Shown piece after piece: positions 59,898 to 64,000 of a stretch of 64,000 nt of DNA. Position 1 is the first letter of the stretch, and the number at the start of each line of letters is the position of its first letter. The DNA is taken from positions 118,467 through 182,466 of the forward strand of contig JBAZSB010000001.1 of NCBI GenBank assembly GCA_041662625.1. The letters are read 5' to 3'. Origin of the DNA: Patescibacteria group bacterium. Lineage in GTDB: Bacteria > Patescibacteriota > Patescibacteriia > Buchananbacterales > UBA6539. A model generated the notes under the pieces. It did not search any database and was not told the origin of the DNA. It worked only from the letters and a program-made list of their open reading frames with translations. Made by a program: the position numbers and the translations under genes.

Positions 59898-59994
59898 TTG
59901 AGGACCCTCCTTGTGTGACACGGCAGTTGTCTATCTATTCTTTGGCATCTTATGATTTATTAATTTGGATGTCAATATTGTATAAATTATTAAG

Positions 59995-61098
59995 TTAAAT
60001 TGAATTGATAACGCCGCCACCCAAAACCGTTTGGCCCTGGTAAAAAACTGCGGACTGGCCAGGCATGATAGCGCGCTGGGGTATTTTTAAAGTGACAATA
60101 TTTTTATTGATAGTACAAGGAATGGTTTTGGCTTGGTATCTGATTTTAACGCCAAACTTTTCGGACTTTTTTGGTGGTTGGCCCAAAATCCAGTTAAGCT
60201 CTTTAATCTTAAATTTTTTTGTATAAAGCAGTTTATCGTCGCGATTATTGGAAACAAATAAAGTATTAGTTTTGTAATCTAGCTTAACCACATAGAACGG
60301 GCCAATACCGCCGATTTTAATCCCCTGCCGCTGGCCCAAAGTATAAAGAGGCAAACCATCATGTTGGCCTAAAGCTTTGCCAGCCAGATTTTTGATTGGC
60401 CCCGGCTTTAATTTTAAATGGCGTTTTAAAAAAGGATAATGAGTCTTTTCCGGAATAAAACAAATTTCCTGGCTTTCAGCTTTTTGGTAGACTGGCAGCT
60501 TTAGTTTTTTTGCTATTGCTCTGACCTCGGTCTTGGTTAAATTACCCAGCGGGAAAAGTAAATGCTTAAGCTGATTTTGAGTTAAGGTGTATAGAAAATA
60601 GGACTGATCTTTTTGTTTGTCTTTGGCTGTTTTAAGAAAACAGAGACCAGAGATCAGAGATAAGTTTCTGTTTTCTGATTTCTGTTTTCTGATTTCTGCG
60701 TAGTGTCCTGTTGCCAGATAATCGCAACCAAGCATTTTCGCTTTTCGCAAAAGCAAATCAAACTTAATGAACTGATTGCAGCGGATGCAGGGATTTGGGG
60801 TTAAACCTTGCCGGTGTTTTCTTAGCCAGTCATCAACAACAGTCTTTTTAAATGGTTGCTGAAAATTTAAAGTATACAAAGGAAAGCCGATTTTATTAGC
60901 AACTCTTCTGGCATCATTATAGGCATCAGCTGAACAGCATTTATTTTCGATGTCGGTTTTTGTCTCGGTCCAAAATTTTAGGAAAATGCCAATACAATCA
61001 TAGCCTTGCTGTTTTAGCAAAGCTGCGGCCACCGATGAATCAACGCCGCCGGACATTGCTATTGCGATTTTTTTCCCTTTGTTTAGCTTTGTATCCAT
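59995..61098 (-). CDS. mnmA: tRNA 2-thiouridylase MnmA
   Basis: AMSGGVDSS, TPNPC..CN, ATGHY, KDQSYFL, PGQ. Confidence 0.96.
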   Translation of the reverse strand: MDTKLNKGKKIAIAMSGGVDSSVAAALLKQQGYDCIGIFLKFWTETKTDIENKCCSADAYNDARRVANKIGFPLYTLNFQQPFKKTVVDDWLRKHRQGLTPNPCIRCNQFIKFDLLLRKAKMLGCDYLATGHYAEIRKQKSENRNLSLISGLCFLKTAKDKQKDQSYFLYTLTQNQLKHLLFPLGNLTKTEVRAIAKKLKLPVYQKAESQEICFIPEKTHYPFLKRHLKLKPGPIKNLAGKALGQHDGLPLYTLGQRQGIKIGGIGPFYVVKLDYKTNTLFVSNNRDDKLLYTKKFKIKELNWILGQPPKKSEKFGVKIRYQAKTIPCTINKNIVTLKIPQRAIMPGQSAVFYQGQTVLGGGVINSI

Positions 61099-61100
61099 AG

Positions 61101-61184
61101 TTAATTTATTTCGATTTTATGTCCGTCCCGAGCTTGTCGAGGGGCCGACATAGCAATGCAGACTTTTTTACCCCGATTTTTCAT
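61101..61184 (-). pseudogene. Truncated duplicate of an MnmA-like N-terminus ending in a REP-like element
   Basis: Hand-translated MKNRGKKVCIAMS-APRQARDG...; compare KGKKIAIAMS in mnmA. Confidence 0.55.
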
Positions 61185-61387
61185 AATTTTATTATATCAA
61201 ATAAATGCTGATTAACGAAAAGTTTTCCGGCTCTTGACAGTTGTTTTGAGTTTGGCTAGAATATTTTTATTGCCGAATGAAGCAAGTAAAATACAAAAAT
61301 CGATAACTAATTATTAAGGTTCTGGTTATCTTATTTTTTTGGCCTTTTTTCGAGCTTTTCTGCCAGAACTAAAAGGAGAAAATCTAA

Positions 61388-61546
61388 ATGATTTTCCAAG
61401 ATCAAGATGATGATTTAACCACCACTGATGAAGGCATGGATGAAGATGGTGGTGACGACGCCATGGGCGATGATGATATGGATGAAGACATGGATGATAT
61501 GGATGATGAAACTGCCGAAGGCGAAGAAGAAGCCGAAGTTGAATAG
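61388..61546 (+). CDS. 52-aa hyper-acidic protein
   Basis: Hand-translated; AAGGAG SD; promoter TTGACA-17-TAGAAT; terminator 61582-61615. Confidence 0.75.
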   Translation: MIFQDQDDDLTTTDEGMDEDGGDDAMGDDDMDEDMDDMDDETAEGEEEAEVE

Positions 61547-61663
61547 TTATCTAATCAAGAATCGAATTTCTTCAATTTTGAAAAATAGGAGCCAGGTTTC
61601 CCCGGCTCCTATTTTTATTTATTGTTGAGAGTAATAATTTAAAATAAAAAGTCGTCCAGATTT

Positions 61664-61809
61664 TTCTCCTCCAAAGCCACTATTTTCTAATAATGAACTT
61701 GGAGGAGAGGAGCTGGTATACACGCTATCGCATGTTACGTCAGCTCCCCAATACTTTCGGACTCGTTTCGCTCGCTTCAGCCAATCGGCTGATTAGCGGG
61801 AGGAATCAC
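61664..61809. repeat. ~145-bp structured direct repeat, copy 1
   Basis: Near-identical to 62269-62409. Confidence 0.92.
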
Positions 61810-62036
61810 TGGGCAACGGCCAGCGCATTGCGTTTTTCTATGCGCGCCAGCCTCTTGAAATACGCCCAAACCTCATCGCGGAGGTCCTGAAACTCACTGT
61901 TGCGCACGACCCCAATGAGGTCGCGTAACATGGGAGTCCACGTAATCGAATTCCAGGACTTCATGTTACTTTGCAGGTATTCACACCCGCAGTTCTCGTC
62001 ACAATCGTGACATGGGGTAGAACACTGAAATGCCAT
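61806..62036 (-). CDS. Orphan 76-aa Cys-rich protein
   Basis: GAGGAG SD; CSTPCHDCDENCGC. Confidence 0.6.
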   Translation of the reverse strand: MAFQCSTPCHDCDENCGCEYLQSNMKSWNSITWTPMLRDLIGVVRNSEFQDLRDEVWAYFKRLARIEKRNALAVAQ

Positions 62037-62268
62037 CTCTATATCTCCTCTGTAGAGATTCCGGCTAAGAATAGCCGTGTCTACCTCCGGGTTGACAACC
62101 CATCATCAGTAGACTGACAATCTGCCCTGGCTCCCTATGAACCCGGGGTACTGAATCGCCTGGACAGTGGCGCATTTTTCCAAATTTTCTCGCATTACTG
62201 GCGAGAGGTTTAGGGAAGTATTTTCCCCAAGCTTCTCACCAGTAACTAAGAAATCTTGTAAAGAACTA

Positions 62269-62409
62269 TTCTCCTCCAAACCCACTATTTTCTAATAATG
62301 AACTTGGAGGAGAGGAGCTGGTATACACGCTATCGCATGTTACGTCAGCTCCCCAATACTTTCGGACTCGTTCCGCTCAGCCAATCGGCTGAGGAGCAGG
62401 AGGAGTCAC
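62269..62409. repeat. ~140-bp structured direct repeat, copy 2
   Basis: Near-identical to 61664-61809. Confidence 0.92.
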
Positions 62410-62413
62410 CGAC

Positions 62414-62983
62414 TCACAGATTCCGGCATGCCTTTAGGCATGCGACGAACTCTTTGTTCCAGCTCATGTCGCTGTAATACCTGCCTCCCCAGACCCTTTT
62501 GGTTGTTGGAGAAGCGATAAGGCATTCAAGCTCATGGCGGAACTTTTCCTTTACCTCAGGGTGGTCAATTCCCACCGTTGATGCAAAGGTAAGAGCCTCG
62601 GGCTCAGACAAAACTTCAAGCGTTTGCCGGGCCAACTTCTCGTAGAGGAGATCACTGGAGGCAAGAGGATTTTGCCTACCAATGTAGAGGAAGAATATCT
62701 CCAGGGCGTGCGCAATCAGAGTTCGGTCAAAATTCTTGTCTCGCAATACCCTGTCGAGAAAGAAGCTTTCTCCATCGGTGATGAGACAATAACCCTCTCT
62801 GTTGCGGATGGAAATCAGCTCCTTCATAGCTTCTGCTGCCCCTCTCAATTGGACGCAGTTGTAGAGGAACTGATTGCGGTTATTGTATTCCCGCCGCATT
62901 TTGTCTACAAACTTCAATGCCGCCCAAAAGCCCAATACCGCGCCTACTATCAGCGCTACCACAACCACTATCAAAGTACCCAT
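62414..62983 (-). CDS. Orphan 189-aa protein with N-terminal TM
   Basis: GGGAG SD; promoter 63106-63134. Confidence 0.7.
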   Translation of the reverse strand: MGTLIVVVVALIVGAVLGFWAALKFVDKMRREYNNRNQFLYNCVQLRGAAEAMKELISIRNREGYCLITDGESFFLDRVLRDKNFDRTLIAHALEIFFLYIGRQNPLASSDLLYEKLARQTLEVLSEPEALTFASTVGIDHPEVKEKFRHELECLIASPTTKRVWGGRYYSDMSWNKEFVACLKACRNL

Positions 62984-63216
62984 CGTTTTTCTCCCGCGTC
63001 ACTCGTAAGTGCCGCTTTTGTATGCCTTTTTTAACTCGGACGTATCCGGTTAGCGTGCGTACACGCAGGCATTGGCCACCATTGGATCTGTTCCAATGAT
63101 TTGTTAATATAGCATATTTTAAAGAATATGTCAATAAAATTGGAATAGTTTTATCTAAAATTAGCCAAAAATAAAAAACTCCTATTTACAGAGTTTAAGG
63201 GTTTTTGGCTAATTTA

Positions 63217-64000
63217 TTAAATTTTTATCAATTCCACGGCGACGCCGGCCAAAAACATGATGATTATCAGATAGACCAAAATTTTAGGCAGATTGATTTG
63301 GTAGGTTGGCTTAAGCTGGCCGGTCTTTTTGGCTTTCTTGTGGATCAAAAAAACCAGGATGCCATCAATGCCCATAGTCACGGCGCCGGTGAAACCGATG
63401 ATGGCGATGAAATCTTTTAGCCCAATGAGGTATAAAAGTAAAGGAATAAAAGTGGCCAGGACCCAGGCGCTGAAATGGGAGAATTTTAGATCATACCAAA
63501 ATATTTTTTTGATGGTTAGCCCGACATTGATGTAAGAAGTAAAAACGGCCAAAGTGCCGAGTAAAAAACCGGCAATCAGAATTTTTTCACCCAAAAAAAG
63601 CTTTAAGCCGCTTAAGGCATCAGGTGTTGTAGTTGAGCCGCAGACGCCCAAGATAAAAAAGATAAAAATCAGGTAAATAAAAGCCGGAATCAGTGAGCCG
63701 GCAATAATAACGCTTTTAAGTTTTTTACTTTCATTGCCTAAAATTTCTCGGACTTCAGGAATAATCGACATGCCGGACAGGGCGAACAAAATCACGCCAT
63801 AAGGCAGGAAGAAGTTGGTAAGTTGGAAAGTTTGTAAGTTGGTAAGTTGGATGTGAGGTAGGCTTTTAATTAGTAAAAAAATTAGGATACCAAAGAAAAC
63901 CATTAGATTAATCAAATCAGAGCGAGAAATAGCCTTGCTGCCCAAAAAAATTACTAGGCTAGCGATGAAGAAAAAGATCAAGACATAAATCAGTTCATTG
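63217..64000 (-). CDS. Aromatic amino acid permease family transporter (partial, starts beyond window)
   Basis: Multi-TM; PYGVILFALSG..IPE; AVFTSY. Confidence 0.8.
   Translation of the reverse strand, partial: NELIYVLIFFFIASLVIFLGSKAISRSDLINLMVFFGILIFLLIKSLPHIQLTNLQTFQLTNFFLPYGVILFALSGMSIIPEVREILGNESKKLKSVIIAGSLIPAFIYLIFIFFILGVCGSTTTPDALSGLKLFLGEKILIAGFLLGTLAVFTSYINVGLTIKKIFWYDLKFSHFSAWVLATFIPLLLYLIGLKDFIAIIGFTGAVTMGIDGILVFLIHKKAKKTGQLKPTYQINLPKILVYLIIIMFLAGVAVELIKI

Noticed and set aside
61428-61628. 66-aa Met/Trp-rich ORF
   Set aside because: Shifted frame of the acidic ORF 61388-61546, which has the SD and ends before the terminator.
61664-62409. Canonical integron attC sites or CRISPR repeats
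   Set aside because: No clear RYYYAAC/GTTRRRY ends, a three-hairpin rather than single-hairpin structure, too long for CRISPR, and no intI in the window.
680-63535. Numerous 60-130-aa antisense or overlapping ORFs in the track
   Set aside because: Shadow frames of well-supported genes with no independent start signals.

Overview
This is 64 kb of an AT-rich bacterial chromosome whose gene set fits Patescibacteria/CPR, probably Parcubacteria-like (inference). Supporting signs are editing-less ProRS, short AlaRS, RpoA with no recognisable CTD, SD-less AT-rich leaders and many GT2/GT4 genes. The backbone is housekeeping: mreB/mreBCD-pbp2, holB, frr, rseP, proS, greA, lysS, serS, alr, ddl, gltX, def/fmt, a surface-polysaccharide cluster, the infA-rpmJ-rpsMKD-rpoA-rplQ-rplM-rpsI operon, alaS and mnmA. 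Genes run on + up to ~25.5 kb and on - after ~39.7 kb. Two accessory layers are superimposed. (1) About 14 self-contained, GC-richer mini transcription units sit between housekeeping genes. Each has a near-consensus sigma70 promoter and most end in a long hairpin. They carry either SD-led orphan, often tiny hydrophobic, ORFs or densely structured ORF-poor RNA (~700 nt between alr and ddl; ~220 nt at 15.1 and 27.6 kb). Five of their promoters share a 16-bp palindrome centred near -61, and one unit is an ORF-repeat-ORF-repeat array. (2) Several families of small palindromic/REP/MITE-like elements nest inside one another and insert in-frame into essential proteins. No rRNA, tRNA, CRISPR array, integrase or transposase was recognised. 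All pairings and alignments were read by eye; no folding or database search was run.
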